Assembly: GCA_012026655.1 (NCBI GenBank)
Contig: JAAILG010000246.1
Span: forward strand, 1 to 64,000
Length of the DNA: 64,000 nucleotides
Direction of reading: 5' to 3'
DNA from: Hydrolagus affinis
Lineage: Eukaryota
Numbering within the stretch: position 1 is the stretch's first letter; the number at the start of each line of letters is the position of its first letter. Shown here piece after piece: positions 63,123 to 64,000 of the stretch. Below the pieces are notes generated by a model. The model saw only the letters and a program-made list of their open reading frames with translations. It had not been told where the DNA came from and did not search any database. The translations under genes and the position numbers were made by a program.

Positions 63123-64000
63123 CAGCCCTGTGAATTTCCCCAAATCTCATAGCTATCCTGCTCTTGTTGTGTCAATGTAGCTTTGAATATACCTTTTAGG
63201 GCAGGTTTGCAATAATTTGTAATATTCACAAATCAGAGCCATTGCATTAATTCAGATTTCCAGATGAACCATGATGAACCAAAACCTTACATTGCCATAG
63301 TCTAAATCTCGGCTGAAGTGTGAGATATCAGCCACATTTTGCTTATTTGGAATTCATCATTTGCCTGCCATGAATTTTGCAATCTGATATCTCCAATTCC
63401 AGACACCCATTTAACCCAGTGTGTAAATATTTTACATTAGACAGTAGTTTTCTCTGTTCTCCCCATTTTGGAGCCGAACATGTAGCCTGGGCTGCTTCTG
63501 GATGCAACTGTTGTGATTGGTAAATAGGGAAGGTGCGCGGGTAGACTGAAGCACCTCCAGCTCACCCAAGGACCAGTCGACAATTAACACATCAACTGGT
63601 CGCTTTTTCAACAATGTGTTAATTAACACTGTAGCTTTTAATTAATACATCACACGTCGCAATTTTCATCCCATAGTGTGCAAAAATCACCATAGTGTAA
63701 TCAGACCACCACTTTTCAACACAGATTGTCCATTTACTTTTCAGAACAGGCCAATTCCGCAAAATGTTGCTTACAATAAGTAGCTGCACGAGACAGGGTG
63801 GAGCTCTTAAAATGACTGCAGAGAAAGCCGTAAGAATACCTCATCCAGCACTGGGATGAATTGGGAAGGTGCAACTTCAAAGCATAGTTTCACGGGACTT
63901 GACTTTCAGAATTTTATTGACTGTTTAAACTCCTTAAAGCTTGGCAAGTGCAGTATCTGTATCTTAGGAACAAATGGAATTTATTCACAATGTCACCAGT

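Noticed and set aside
466-63629. The many 60-140 aa ORFs in the track as protein-coding genes
   Set aside because: No recognisable domains apart from TE-derived ones; many use non-ATG starts or are antisense to repeats; lengths fit chance in non-coding DNA
1-64000. Prokaryotic-type system (operon, CRISPR array, defence island)
   Set aside because: No long ORFs, no regularly spaced repeat-spacer array, and abundant vertebrate LINE/SINE content

Overview
AT-rich eukaryotic (vertebrate) non-coding DNA; no prokaryotic operon, CRISPR array, rRNA or genuine tRNA gene is visible, and none of the listed ORFs can be assigned to a known host gene. The repeat content (L2 and CR1 LINE fragments, tRNA-headed SINEs with an (ATT)n tail, Deu-domain SINEs, Penelope-like elements) looks like a cartilaginous fish, plausibly a holocephalan such as Callorhinchus (inference from recalled repeat families, not a database hit). 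Between the repeats are long TE-poor stretches dense in TALE (TGACAG), Sox, octamer, RFX and nuclear-receptor motifs, which suggests a gene desert or large intron in a developmental-gene regulatory block. The most notable structures are: (i) a 309-bp Penelope-like insertion with a 13-bp target-site duplication and inverted arms, one carrying a minimal type I hammerhead ribozyme motif, inserted into a decayed Ty3/Gypsy integrase; (ii) a 675-bp element with ~148-bp, ~96% identical inverted arms flanked by an 8-bp direct repeat; (iii) several ~65-bp 'tail-only' retro-insertions that share a 5' end; (iv) a perfect 33-bp direct repeat 1.9 kb apart; (v) candidate cryptic exons and enhancer motif clusters. 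There is a 100-N assembly gap at 51634-51733. All analysis was by eye, so boundaries of decayed repeats are approximate.
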